Shown here one piece after another: positions 8,977 to 18,226 of a stretch of DNA of 64,000 nt (within the stretch, counting starts at the first letter, position 1; every line of letters begins with the position of its first letter). Under the pieces are notes generated by a model. It was not told the origin of the DNA and ran no database searches. It worked only from the letters and a program-made list of their open reading frames with translations. Both the position numbers and the translations under genes were made by a program. The DNA is from an uncultured Roseburia sp. (GTDB lineage: Bacteria; Bacillota; Clostridia; Lachnospirales; Lachnospiraceae), in assembly GCA_947573605.1 (NCBI GenBank), contig CANPGM010000016.1, positions 2,205 through 66,204 on the forward strand, written 5' to 3'.

Positions 8977-9810
8977 TTATATTTCACAATGATTGATATA
9001 TTCCGCTTTCCATCCGTAAAGCTGCTTTTTGAGTTCTCCATCTTCCAACAGATCGCCGCCGCTTTGCCGCAGCCACTCTTCTACCTGCTCCGCAAAACTT
9101 TCCGCCGCCGCTTTGCCGCCTGCTTCAATCAGTCTGTCCGTAAGCTCTTTTTTCTCCGCCTCCGCAATGGAGTACCGCTTTGCCGCAGCGTCAAAGTCCG
9201 TCCTGTCTTTCTGATACCAGAAACACGCAAGCGCACAATGCAAAGTAACCTGATTTCCGTTTTCCTCATATGCTTTTAAAAAACAGTCGGCAGCTTCCCG
9301 GAATAAAAATAATCCGGCATAGGCGGTTCCCAGATTATGCCGGATATTTCCGGTAAAAACCCGGTTCTCCCTGCATTCTTCCTCCATAGACAAAAGCTTT
9401 TGATATTCCGACGCCGCACGATGATACTTCTTCTGTTCCATATAGCGGTCCGCTCTGATTTTTCTGCTTTCAAACGGAGACTTTGCCTGCATTTTTGAGA
9501 GTGATTCCAGTATACGCTCCGCAGCTTCCTCATTGCAATAGGCCGTCTTTTCCAGTAAAAGCGACACTGCCTGCACCGGATGCCCCGCCTTTTGTCCGCA
9601 GAGCCGAAGTTCGTCCGCAAGCGGTTTCGCGCTCAGTTCTTTTTCTACCCATCCGAAAAAAGATTCCTGAAAAAGAGATTCCTCAATCAGGTATGGATTC
9701 TGTTCCATACAATAACACAATTCTTCGAGCGAGTAAATATTGACGGAATAATTCTCCAGATAATACGGCGTTTCCGCCGTTTTAAACCGACATAGCAACA
9801 ATTCCCCCAC
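8977..9810 (-). CDS. TPR-containing uncharacterised protein
   Basis: ADRYMEQKKYHRAASEYQKLL and HNLGTAYAGLFLFREAADCFLKAY TPR-like helices; 11-bp spacing to neighbours. Confidence 0.75.
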   Translation of the reverse strand: MGELLLCRFKTAETPYYLENYSVNIYSLEELCYCMEQNPYLIEESLFQESFFGWVEKELSAKPLADELRLCGQKAGHPVQAVSLLLEKTAYCNEEAAERILESLSKMQAKSPFESRKIRADRYMEQKKYHRAASEYQKLLSMEEECRENRVFTGNIRHNLGTAYAGLFLFREAADCFLKAYEENGNQVTLHCALACFWYQKDRTDFDAAAKRYSIAEAEKKELTDRLIEAGGKAAAESFAEQVEEWLRQSGGDLLEDGELKKQLYGWKAEYINHCEI

Positions 9811-9821
9811 AGCTTTGCCTC

Positions 9822-11051
9822 CTAAACAGACATGGTATAGTCCCAGCTCTTTCCGGAGCTTTTTACGATTTCTCCAAATCCCATATCCGCAATATGTATC
9901 TGCACTTTCGTGTCGGACAGAGGCTTTGCCGTAATCCGCAGCCTTGTCGTTCGTTCCTTACGCTTTGGCAGATCCGAAAGCGTAAGCCGTTCAATTTTCG
10001 CGTCTTTTCTCCCCGGAAGCTGAAGCCAGAAATCAATTTCTCCGGTATTGCCTAAAATCACTTCACACTCCCGCATAGTTTCATAACAATTTTCCCCGGC
10101 AGCGACGAGAGGATAAAAGTCTGATTTTCGATTGTCCTTTATCTTTATACTCAGATTCATCTTCATTTCGTTGTCGCCGATATAGAGAAACGGCCATGCT
10201 TTTTCTCCCTCCAAAACGGCCGCCGCATAACAGGCGCCTTTGGAGTAAAGATTTTTTCCGATAAAAACACGTCTTCCTTTGCACAAAAACGCAATCGATT
10301 GCTGCATCCATTCCCCGTCAAATCCTTCACCGGCCAGAAATGCGGAGGAAATAACACGTTTTTTAAAACAGTCCTGCAAGATCCTCAAAAAATCCCGGTC
10401 CCTGTTTTCTCCCGAAAACTCGCATACTGCCTTATCGAGCGTCACCACCTGAGGCGATGTTTTTATATCTCTCGTCAAAAGGCAGCAGTTCAGCGTCTCT
10501 TTTCGCAGATCAAATAAAAATACGTCATGCAGCCAGAGCTCATCCTTCTGGTTTAAGACATAGTAATAAAAACTCTCTTTCCGGTTCATAATCGCTACGT
10601 TTTCTTTTCCGACTCCGAACTCCGCAGCAGCAGCAAAAAACAATTCCGTCAGTTCTTTTGTCACTTTTTCAACGGAAATCACCACCTTATCCGGTCTTCC
10701 TGCAGTCCCGGATTTATCTGTAAAGTACAGCAGCGTTTTAAAATAGCCTGCCAGCAAATCCTTTACAAAATATGTTTTCCGCTCAATTTCAATCGCTTCT
10801 CCCGAAAGAGCGCGCGTAAGCAGACGGTCAACCGGCTGTTCGCCTTTCCGCCCGGCCTCCCTTTTGGCCTCTTCCCCAATTCTCCAATAGCCGGATTCCT
10901 CCGTTTTATATATCAGCGCCGGAATCAAAAACACTTCACTGCCTTCAATCAGACTCAACGTTTCCGGCTCCTCCATCCCTGATTTGTAACAGGTTACAAC
11001 CGCATTATCGTCATCCAAATCAACGCCGACATAATAAAAGCGCTTTGTCAT
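9822..11051 (-). CDS. Degenerate Hsp70/actin-fold protein (DUF5716-like)
   Basis: VGVDLDDD (cf. Hsp70 IGIDLGTT), AFLAGEG, YSKGACYAA and a C-terminal beta-sandwich resembling the Hsp70 substrate-binding domain; DUF name from recall. Confidence 0.65.
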   Translation of the reverse strand: MTKRFYYVGVDLDDDNAVVTCYKSGMEEPETLSLIEGSEVFLIPALIYKTEESGYWRIGEEAKREAGRKGEQPVDRLLTRALSGEAIEIERKTYFVKDLLAGYFKTLLYFTDKSGTAGRPDKVVISVEKVTKELTELFFAAAAEFGVGKENVAIMNRKESFYYYVLNQKDELWLHDVFLFDLRKETLNCCLLTRDIKTSPQVVTLDKAVCEFSGENRDRDFLRILQDCFKKRVISSAFLAGEGFDGEWMQQSIAFLCKGRRVFIGKNLYSKGACYAAAVLEGEKAWPFLYIGDNEMKMNLSIKIKDNRKSDFYPLVAAGENCYETMRECEVILGNTGEIDFWLQLPGRKDAKIERLTLSDLPKRKERTTRLRITAKPLSDTKVQIHIADMGFGEIVKSSGKSWDYTMSV

Positions 11052-11071
11052 CCGTCCACCCCTCTTTCTCT

Positions 11072-14000
11072 TTACAGAATCGGAAATATTTCATGCGCCG
11101 CCGCCTGCATACGCTGATATTCTTCCATACATTTTTTTAAAGATTTCGTTTCCTTTAATGTTGCATAAAAAAACATATCGTTTAAAAGCGCATATCTGCT
11201 GTGTCCGTGTTCGCCATAGACGTCATTGCTGCATAGTCTGTCGCTGAACAAAACTTCCCGTTCTCCGGTTATTGGCTCTTCCGAAATATAATATTGCACC
11301 TCATCCCCAAAAAGCAGCAGAAACCCTTTTGTAAAAATCCCCGGATATACCTCCCTCATACGCTCCTCTTCATAATCTCTCCCGTTAAAGCAATAGCTTA
11401 TTGTCACGGAAGCAGACGGCGACGTATGATATTCCGCATAAAATTTATCATACAGCAAATACCTTTCATTCAAAGATTCGTCCAGATCTCTGAAAAAAGA
11501 AAAACAGATATTTCTACGGCAGTATTCCGACAAAAGCCGGTCTGCGAGCAGAAGCTGTTCTTTTGTCAAACGCTTTTTCTCAGCATAGGATTTCAACAGT
11601 CCCAGCCCGCAGGAATCATTTAATTCCCGATCCTTTAAATAACGCTCTTCAATATGTAAAAATACATGTGTAGGAACAACTGCGTCAAGCGCCAAATACA
11701 GATGCGAAAAAAAAGTCAGATAAGCCAGGCAAATCTTTTCTCTGCCGCCTCCGCTGCAATAACTTTCATAAATCCGTTCCACGCCTTCCAAATAATCCCC
11801 ACAATACAGCATCTGAATTAAAATCCGTTCTTCAAATGCCGTGTCCTTAATGTCGAATTTATCCGCCTCTCTCCAGATTTTTGCCATGCGTCCCACCGGC
11901 CCGCAGTAATATCTGCATAAATATTCTAAAATCACGTCGTTATATTTCCCACTGCAAAAAGCGGCATACGACAGCCGTACTAAAAAATCATCTTCTTTAA
12001 AACGTTCAGTAGTTATCCGATAGCTGCATATGGATACCAGACAGCCGGAATCCACAAAATCATATCCGTACATTTGCAGCAGTCGAAATGCATGATCAAA
12101 TAAATGCGCGTTTGAAAGCTCTTTTATAAGATACCTCCTGTCACGCCTGGAAAATGACGCATAATCCGCCTGCAGCAAATACCACTCCAGCCGTTCGTCG
12201 TATTCCCTGCCCGCAAAGTAACGTATTATTTCGGGCAGAAGCGCAGCCTTAAACGAACCGTTCACCTGTTCCGACTGAATCAATGCCGAAAAACTGACTT
12301 CGTCCGATTCCCGGAAAAGCGCCGCACGGTTTCGTTTGGAAAAAGCGTATACCAAATACGGAAGCGCCTGCGGCGCAAGTCCCATCGCATATTCCAGATA
12401 ATCCTCCGGGCAGAAAAGCGCTTCGTCATAATAGAGCTGCGGGTCTGCAAAAACATTTCCCGCCGAGTCAAAGAGCAAAACAATGTAATCTTTCGTATAT
12501 GCATAAAAATAAGCCGTTCCATCGTAAAGCGAAACCGTCTGCCACTCTTTCCATTGTTTTTGCACAATTACCGCCCTGTCAATATGCGGATGCTTACATG
12601 CCAGCTTATGGGTAAACAATACTCCGGAAAACTTCCCGGCCAATTCTTCATTTAATATGGGAAACTTTAGCATCTCGTTGTAAATAACGGCCAGATTCTC
12701 GTCAATATGCTCTGCCTCAAGCTGCTCCATTGCAAACTGCTCAATCGTGCGCCGGTATTTCTGGTAAACGTCCTCCTGCGTTTTGCGCGCTGCAATGATA
12801 TTGACAAACAATACTGCAAGCTGACGGTACGATAAACTGCTTTGATAACGGAAATACATCTGTATCATTTTAGGAACGTCACTGATTTCATTCGGATCCA
12901 TCGAAGAAAGAAACGCTTCGTATAAATTGGTAATCCGAAGCTCCCGTTTAATCCCGAGCGCAAACCATTTGTGGTAACGGACAGACAGTCTCTGACCCTT
13001 AATCAAATAGGAACAGATACAGGTCAACACAGCGTCAGTCGGTATTATTTCGTAACAGGCGCATAACACTTTATAAACGTGGCGGTCAAATTCTTTCTGT
13101 CTTGCTACCACCGCCACAATCTGAAGGGCAAGCTCTTCGGTAATCGCTTTCTGTCTGGCCGCCCAGTAAAGCACCTTTTTTTCAAACGCATTCATATGCG
13201 TAAGAAGATGCGGTTCCTGTCGGAGCAGATAAAATGCCTCCAGATAAAAACAGGGCGACGTGTTTCCCTTCATTACCCAACGTTCGATTGCCTTTAAACG
13301 CATTTCACTGCTTTCAAAATATTCTTTTCGGATAAAAAGCAAAATCCAAAATAATAGGGAACTTTCAGGATTCCGCAAAAACAGCGCTTCAATTTCCGCC
13401 GAAAGTCGGTCCACGTAAGCGCCCTCACGCTCCATAAGCGTACATAAATACAAATAATAGCCCCATTCCTCCGAAAGCCGATTCGTACAGCTTTTTTTGT
13501 AATCCTTTAAAATCCAGCCCGCCTCCTGTTTTTGACCGTGAAACAAAAGCGCCTGCGCACGCATCAGGCCGTAAAGCTCCTTTGACGGGTTTATTGCAAG
13601 AAGATGTTCCAATACCTGTATGGATTCTTTCGCCCAGGCACCGGTCGTAATACGGTTCAAACGGTAATCCGTATACAGACGCATCAGCAAAATACGTCCT
13701 GCGCCTGTCTCCGCGTGCGCAGTTACAGCTTTTTCCTCACGCTTTTTCCTCCGCGAACAGCAAACGGTAAAACACAACTGTTGTCCCGGAAAATCAAAGC
13801 AGATTCTCCCGAAATTATTCCCGGCATGAAGCTTATCCTCCCGGATATAAAATACAAAATAACAGGCGCTGCCCAGGAAATCCTCCCCCGTTATTTTCTC
13901 CTTTTCCGGTTCTAAGAAAGCGGCGTCTGAAGAAACCGTCCCGCTGATATATCCCCACATATTTTTTCGAATTACAATCTGTTCTTTTACATCTCCTGTT

Positions 14001-14623
14001 ACTCCGTAATATTCCGCATACTGCACGTCCAGCTTCAGACAAACGGGTTTCTTTGCGCCAATGGAAGTAAGATAACACTCCACCTTCTGGCCGGACGGAG
14101 GCTCTTTGCGCACCGCCTCATACAAAATCCTTTCACGCTCCCCGCTTTCTCTTAAGATATTGCGAAAACCGGATGTATAGAACATGCGGCAGGCTTTTGC
14201 ATAACTGTCTTCCGCAAGCCTGGTAAAATCATCGATGCCTTTTATTTTCCCTGTGGAAGCATCTAAAACGGCGCCGGAAATATACACAACAAAAGAAAGG
14301 CTGTATTCGCCCGTACTGCACACAACGGTAAATTCACCCTTATGAACGTCGCCGCAGGTTAAGCCTCTGCCGCAGAACCGATAGCCAATCCTCACTTCTT
14401 CCCCGCCGTCAAACTGTCTGGTCTGACACTCCATTCTGTTACTGGAAGAATAGAGAATCCCGCGCAGTTTTTCCTGGCCTGAGCCAAAAATTGAAAATTC
14501 GCCGGTGAAATCCTCTCCCTCCGGCACCTCTAATTCAATCCGCTGTTCCGAAAAGGATATTCCTGTTTTTCTATATTCAACTTTTCCCTTCGCAAGCTGC
14601 TCTATCCTCTTCTGCAAATCCAT
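11072..14623 (-). CDS. Large cytoplasmic scaffold, Ig-like N-terminal domains plus helical solenoid (DUF5717-like)
   Basis: About 1183 aa, no signal peptide, two beta-rich N-terminal modules, long TPR-like helical region, beta-rich C-terminus; AAGGA RBS favours ATG 14623. Confidence 0.7.
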   Translation of the reverse strand: MDLQKRIEQLAKGKVEYRKTGISFSEQRIELEVPEGEDFTGEFSIFGSGQEKLRGILYSSSNRMECQTRQFDGGEEVRIGYRFCGRGLTCGDVHKGEFTVVCSTGEYSLSFVVYISGAVLDASTGKIKGIDDFTRLAEDSYAKACRMFYTSGFRNILRESGERERILYEAVRKEPPSGQKVECYLTSIGAKKPVCLKLDVQYAEYYGVTGDVKEQIVIRKNMWGYISGTVSSDAAFLEPEKEKITGEDFLGSACYFVFYIREDKLHAGNNFGRICFDFPGQQLCFTVCCSRRKKREEKAVTAHAETGAGRILLMRLYTDYRLNRITTGAWAKESIQVLEHLLAINPSKELYGLMRAQALLFHGQKQEAGWILKDYKKSCTNRLSEEWGYYLYLCTLMEREGAYVDRLSAEIEALFLRNPESSLLFWILLFIRKEYFESSEMRLKAIERWVMKGNTSPCFYLEAFYLLRQEPHLLTHMNAFEKKVLYWAARQKAITEELALQIVAVVARQKEFDRHVYKVLCACYEIIPTDAVLTCICSYLIKGQRLSVRYHKWFALGIKRELRITNLYEAFLSSMDPNEISDVPKMIQMYFRYQSSLSYRQLAVLFVNIIAARKTQEDVYQKYRRTIEQFAMEQLEAEHIDENLAVIYNEMLKFPILNEELAGKFSGVLFTHKLACKHPHIDRAVIVQKQWKEWQTVSLYDGTAYFYAYTKDYIVLLFDSAGNVFADPQLYYDEALFCPEDYLEYAMGLAPQALPYLVYAFSKRNRAALFRESDEVSFSALIQSEQVNGSFKAALLPEIIRYFAGREYDERLEWYLLQADYASFSRRDRRYLIKELSNAHLFDHAFRLLQMYGYDFVDSGCLVSICSYRITTERFKEDDFLVRLSYAAFCSGKYNDVILEYLCRYYCGPVGRMAKIWREADKFDIKDTAFEERILIQMLYCGDYLEGVERIYESYCSGGGREKICLAYLTFFSHLYLALDAVVPTHVFLHIEERYLKDRELNDSCGLGLLKSYAEKKRLTKEQLLLADRLLSEYCRRNICFSFFRDLDESLNERYLLYDKFYAEYHTSPSASVTISYCFNGRDYEEERMREVYPGIFTKGFLLLFGDEVQYYISEEPITGEREVLFSDRLCSNDVYGEHGHSRYALLNDMFFYATLKETKSLKKCMEEYQRMQAAAHEIFPIL

Positions 14624-14649
14624 ACCCATCCTTTTTGCTTCGGATTTTA

Positions 14650-14709
14650 TTGCTTTTTTTTTTTACAAAGACTATTATAAATTATAAACTAATTTGGAGG
14701 AGTAATCAA
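14650..14709. promoter_or_regulatory. Overlapping divergent sigma70-type promoters
   Basis: Plus: TTGCTT(14650)-17-TATTAT(14673) with T11 run; minus: TTGATT(14709-14704)-17-TATAAT(14686-14681). Confidence 0.55.
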
Positions 14710-15800
14710 TGATAAAACATAAAGACCATTTCCACGGCAGCGATTTGGAAAAAATTGAAGCCGTATACGGCGTAAAAAAAGAAGAAATCATCAGCTTTTC
14801 CGCAAACGTAAATCCGCTTGGCGTATCGCCGCTCCTTCGGAAAACGCTCTCCGATAAAATTGACGCGATTACCTCCTATCCGGACCGGGAATACGTCTCT
14901 TTGCGCAGATGTATTGGGGAATATTGCGGCGCAGACCCTGAAAACATCATTGTCGGCAACGGTTCCACGGAGCTGATTTCCCTCTTCATTCAGATTGAGC
15001 GTCCGAAAAAGGCAATTGTAATCGGCCCCACATACTCGGAATACGAACGGGAGATATCGCTCGGAGGCGGCGCGGCTTTGTACTATCCCCTGAAAGAACA
15101 GGATGACTTCCGTTTAAACGTCACGGATTTTATTGCGCACTTAAACGAAAGCATCGATCTGCTCGTTATCTGTAATCCGAATAACCCGACGTCTTCCTGT
15201 ATCAAAAGAAAGGACATGCGCCGTATTCTGGATGCATGCAAAGAATACGACGTTTTTGTAATGGTAGATGAGACTTATGTGGAGTTTGCGGAACAGATGC
15301 AGGAAATTGATGCCGTTCCGCTTGCAAATTATTATAACAACATTATAATTCTCCGCGGAACCTCTAAATTCTTTGCTTCTCCCGGTCTTCGGCTCGGCTA
15401 TGCCATAACAGGAAATCGAGATTTAATAAAAGCTGTCAATACCAGAAAAAATCCCTGGACGATTAACTCACTTGCCGTAATCGCAGGAGAAACCATGTTT
15501 GGCGATACGGATTATATTCGGAAAACAAAAGATCTGATTTCCTCCGAACGCAGAAGAATCTATGATTTTTTCTCCGGATCTGATCAGTTTAAGGTATATG
15601 AACCAAACGGAAACTTTATGTTAGCAAAGATATTAAAAGAAAATTTAACTTCTCAGGACTTATTTGACCGCGCGATTAAGCAGAAGATGATGATTCGGGA
15701 CTGTTCAACCTTCCCGTTTCTCGATAACCGATATATTCGTTTCTGCTTTATGAACAAAGAAGATAACGACCGCCTGATTGCCTGTCTGACAGAGCAATAA
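14709..15800 (+). CDS. PLP-dependent class I/II aminotransferase (threonine-phosphate decarboxylase CobD / HisC-like)
   Basis: HGSD, FSANVNPLG, GNGSTE, CNPNNPT, VDETY, TSKFFASPGLRLGY. Confidence 0.88.
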   Translation: MIKHKDHFHGSDLEKIEAVYGVKKEEIISFSANVNPLGVSPLLRKTLSDKIDAITSYPDREYVSLRRCIGEYCGADPENIIVGNGSTELISLFIQIERPKKAIVIGPTYSEYEREISLGGGAALYYPLKEQDDFRLNVTDFIAHLNESIDLLVICNPNNPTSSCIKRKDMRRILDACKEYDVFVMVDETYVEFAEQMQEIDAVPLANYYNNIIILRGTSKFFASPGLRLGYAITGNRDLIKAVNTRKNPWTINSLAVIAGETMFGDTDYIRKTKDLISSERRRIYDFFSGSDQFKVYEPNGNFMLAKILKENLTSQDLFDRAIKQKMMIRDCSTFPFLDNRYIRFCFMNKEDNDRLIACLTEQ

Positions 15801-15852
15801 AGCTGCGGGTTTGCGCCTGCCGTAAAAAGGTACAGGCGCAAACCCGCAGCTT
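15800..15852. terminator. Bidirectional terminator hairpin
   Basis: Perfect 20-bp inverted repeat AAGCTGCGGGTTTGCGCCTG / CAGGCGCAAACCCGCAGCTT between convergent genes. Confidence 0.8.
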
Positions 15853-15879
15853 CCTGACTCAAGACAACAAATCGAGCTC

Positions 15880-17157
15880 TTATGACAGCTCCTTTTTCCG
15901 GTTCTCATATTCCTCTCTGATTCTTTTAAATGTTTCCTCGTCTCCCGTTTCATTGTCGGGATGATATGTCTTGCACAGCGCCCGGTAACGCTTCTCAAGC
16001 TTTTCAGATGTGCTGCACCCGGAGAAAAATCCCTCTCTCGCCGATTTTGCTTCTTTTTCCTTCCTGTTACGCACTTTATCGCCGTGCCGGATCAGATTTT
16101 TCTTTATCGTATCCGCTTCTTTAATCTTCCCGACATATGTCTCAAAAACAGAAAGCGGCACATTTCCCTCATAAGAAGAAAACGCCTCTGAAATTTCCTG
16201 CAGCAGACAAAGATATTCTCCAAGATAAGATCGCAGTATATAATCTCCGCTTTCTTCCGCCAGCAGAGAATATTCCTCCACAAACAGATCAAATTCTTTC
16301 ATATGACCATTTAAGCTTTCGCATGCCTCCATGCAACGGCTCATATTTTTGTCTGTTTCGCCTTCCTTTTGTTCGACCTCTACTTCCTGCCAGAGACGGC
16401 GGATATTTTGCGCCGATTCATCATAATCTGTAGTGGAAGCTCTCATCTCTGCGCCCCACTCGTTCCACTCCAGTCCAAGCGAAATCAGGACGGAAAAAAT
16501 ACCAAATGTAAATACAAAATAGAGCACAACGCCGGACACAATTTCATACGCCGGAAATAACTTCAGATATTCAAACAGATGAACGCCAAATGTTCTATGA
16601 ATTTGAATGTCAAATAAAACAATTCCGCCAACGACAATTAATACGCCTGCCGACGCCAGAATTTTAAGCGCATGCGAAACAAAAAGGATAATTAATTTAT
16701 TCACGGCTTCTAAGAACGTAAACAGAAAACACGAAACCCTCTTTATAGCCGGCTTTTCTCCCACGTTCAGACTTTCGTAATCGCTTTTACAGATCTGAAA
16801 CAGCGCCGTATAGCAGAAATAAATTCCCGCATAAACATATTCCAGCAGATGAATGACGGCCCCAACCGCTCCCATAATCAAAGCGGAAGAAATCGTAAGC
16901 AGCCAAATCACAATAGCCGTAAAAATACCTCCGATCACAATTATCGCAAATACGATTACAACAACTTCCAGCGCTCCTCCAATGTCACGCGCTGCTTCAA
17001 ACAAAAGTGCAACGGCAAATGTAATCACAATAGTTCCGATAATTGCCAACGCCTTCTGCAGCGCTTTTGAAATCAGTCTGACGCCGGTAGCCGCTAAAAG
17101 GAGCGGCAGAGCAAGTAACGCCAATACATTTATCTTAATTATTTTTATAACCTTCAT
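15880..17157 (-). CDS. Multi-pass membrane protein with C-terminal J-domain
   Basis: Hydrophobic N-terminal 230 aa; C-terminal LEKRYRALCKTYHPDNETGDEETFKRIREEYE (HPD motif). Confidence 0.8.
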   Translation of the reverse strand: MKVIKIIKINVLALLALPLLLAATGVRLISKALQKALAIIGTIVITFAVALLFEAARDIGGALEVVVIVFAIIVIGGIFTAIVIWLLTISSALIMGAVGAVIHLLEYVYAGIYFCYTALFQICKSDYESLNVGEKPAIKRVSCFLFTFLEAVNKLIILFVSHALKILASAGVLIVVGGIVLFDIQIHRTFGVHLFEYLKLFPAYEIVSGVVLYFVFTFGIFSVLISLGLEWNEWGAEMRASTTDYDESAQNIRRLWQEVEVEQKEGETDKNMSRCMEACESLNGHMKEFDLFVEEYSLLAEESGDYILRSYLGEYLCLLQEISEAFSSYEGNVPLSVFETYVGKIKEADTIKKNLIRHGDKVRNRKEKEAKSAREGFFSGCSTSEKLEKRYRALCKTYHPDNETGDEETFKRIREEYENRKKELS

Positions 17158-17190
17158 CCCTGTCGTATGCCATCCTCTCCGAAATCGGTA

Positions 17191-18105
17191 TTATTCGAAT
17201 ATTGCAAACTCATATGTCATTGAAATAATGTACTCCCCCTTCGGATCGCTTACAATCGTAATTTTATCTCCCGAAGATTCGTTCCGATAAACCGCCTCCG
17301 TCCGATCCAGGTCTGCTCCGAAGAAGACCGTTCCTTCAAACGCATCCGGCAGACCATATACGCCGTCCTCTTTATGAACGATTCCGGACAGCGGCTGACC
17401 GACGGCCGCTCCTTTCCCGAAAATCATCTGGCTCCCTTTTACGGTCACAGACATGAGCGCGCATTCCTGCCACGGCAGTTCCTGTTCCGTTCCGTTTAAA
17501 ACAGCGATCCAGACCTGTTCGTCCGGATTGTGCAATGTAATCTGCTCGTAAGGCTTTACCTGCCTGTCACAGGTAAATTCCACATAATTCGCAATATCCT
17601 TTAACGATATCAGTTCTCCCTTCCACTGTGCCAGACGGGAAAACTGATCCGCGGCGAGAATCTCTTTCGACGGTTTTATCCAGTCGAAATACTTCGACAG
17701 CTCGGTTAGATTTGTAATCGTAAGCCCCAGGTAATTATTGCCTTCCGCACCCACAACCAGACTTTCCTGTATAGAGTCAACATTGATCCCGAAATAAGAC
17801 GGCGACGCATAGCAATATCGTACCTGATAAAACCCTGGATTTAGCGACGCATCCTGTGAAAATCCGTTTTCCTCATTTAAAACAACGCTGTAAGAACGCT
17901 GTGTCTGTTCGTTTATCATATAAACTTCAATCCTAAGGACCTTTTTTAAATCGCCGTTGAGCGTTTCAAACTCTTTCGGAACCTCTTTAAGTTCTATCAC
18001 GCATGGAATTTTACCCTCGTCCAGCTTACCGCTCCGGATACAGCCAGTCAGAAAAAACATAAAAAACAATAAAAAACCCGTACAAACCCATCGTTTTCGT
18101 CTCAT
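17191..18105 (-). CDS. Uncharacterised lipoprotein
   Basis: Signal peptide with lipobox FLTGC; 33 bp upstream of the J-domain gene. Confidence 0.75.
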   Translation of the reverse strand: MRRKRWVCTGFLLFFMFFLTGCIRSGKLDEGKIPCVIELKEVPKEFETLNGDLKKVLRIEVYMINEQTQRSYSVVLNEENGFSQDASLNPGFYQVRYCYASPSYFGINVDSIQESLVVGAEGNNYLGLTITNLTELSKYFDWIKPSKEILAADQFSRLAQWKGELISLKDIANYVEFTCDRQVKPYEQITLHNPDEQVWIAVLNGTEQELPWQECALMSVTVKGSQMIFGKGAAVGQPLSGIVHKEDGVYGLPDAFEGTVFFGADLDRTEAVYRNESSGDKITIVSDPKGEYIISMTYEFAIFE

Positions 18106-18226
18106 TTTATCCCTGTCTGCGCGCTGCGGCGCGCAACGTATTTTAAAACCGGATACGCCTTTTTACCCGGCTCTCTAACAATAATTCAATTATATACGAG
18201 TTTATTCTGCAAGGCAATCTTTTCCA

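Noticed and set aside
9822-14623. Wadjet (JetABCD) defence system, suggested by the DUF5716 name
   Set aside because: No SMC-like ATPase with Walker A/B motifs and no Toprim nuclease; the protein here looks Hsp70-like.
14630-14708. Cobalamin riboswitch before the CobD-like gene
   Set aside because: The intergenic region is only about 80 bp and AT-rich, with no B12-box; no other cob genes are nearby.
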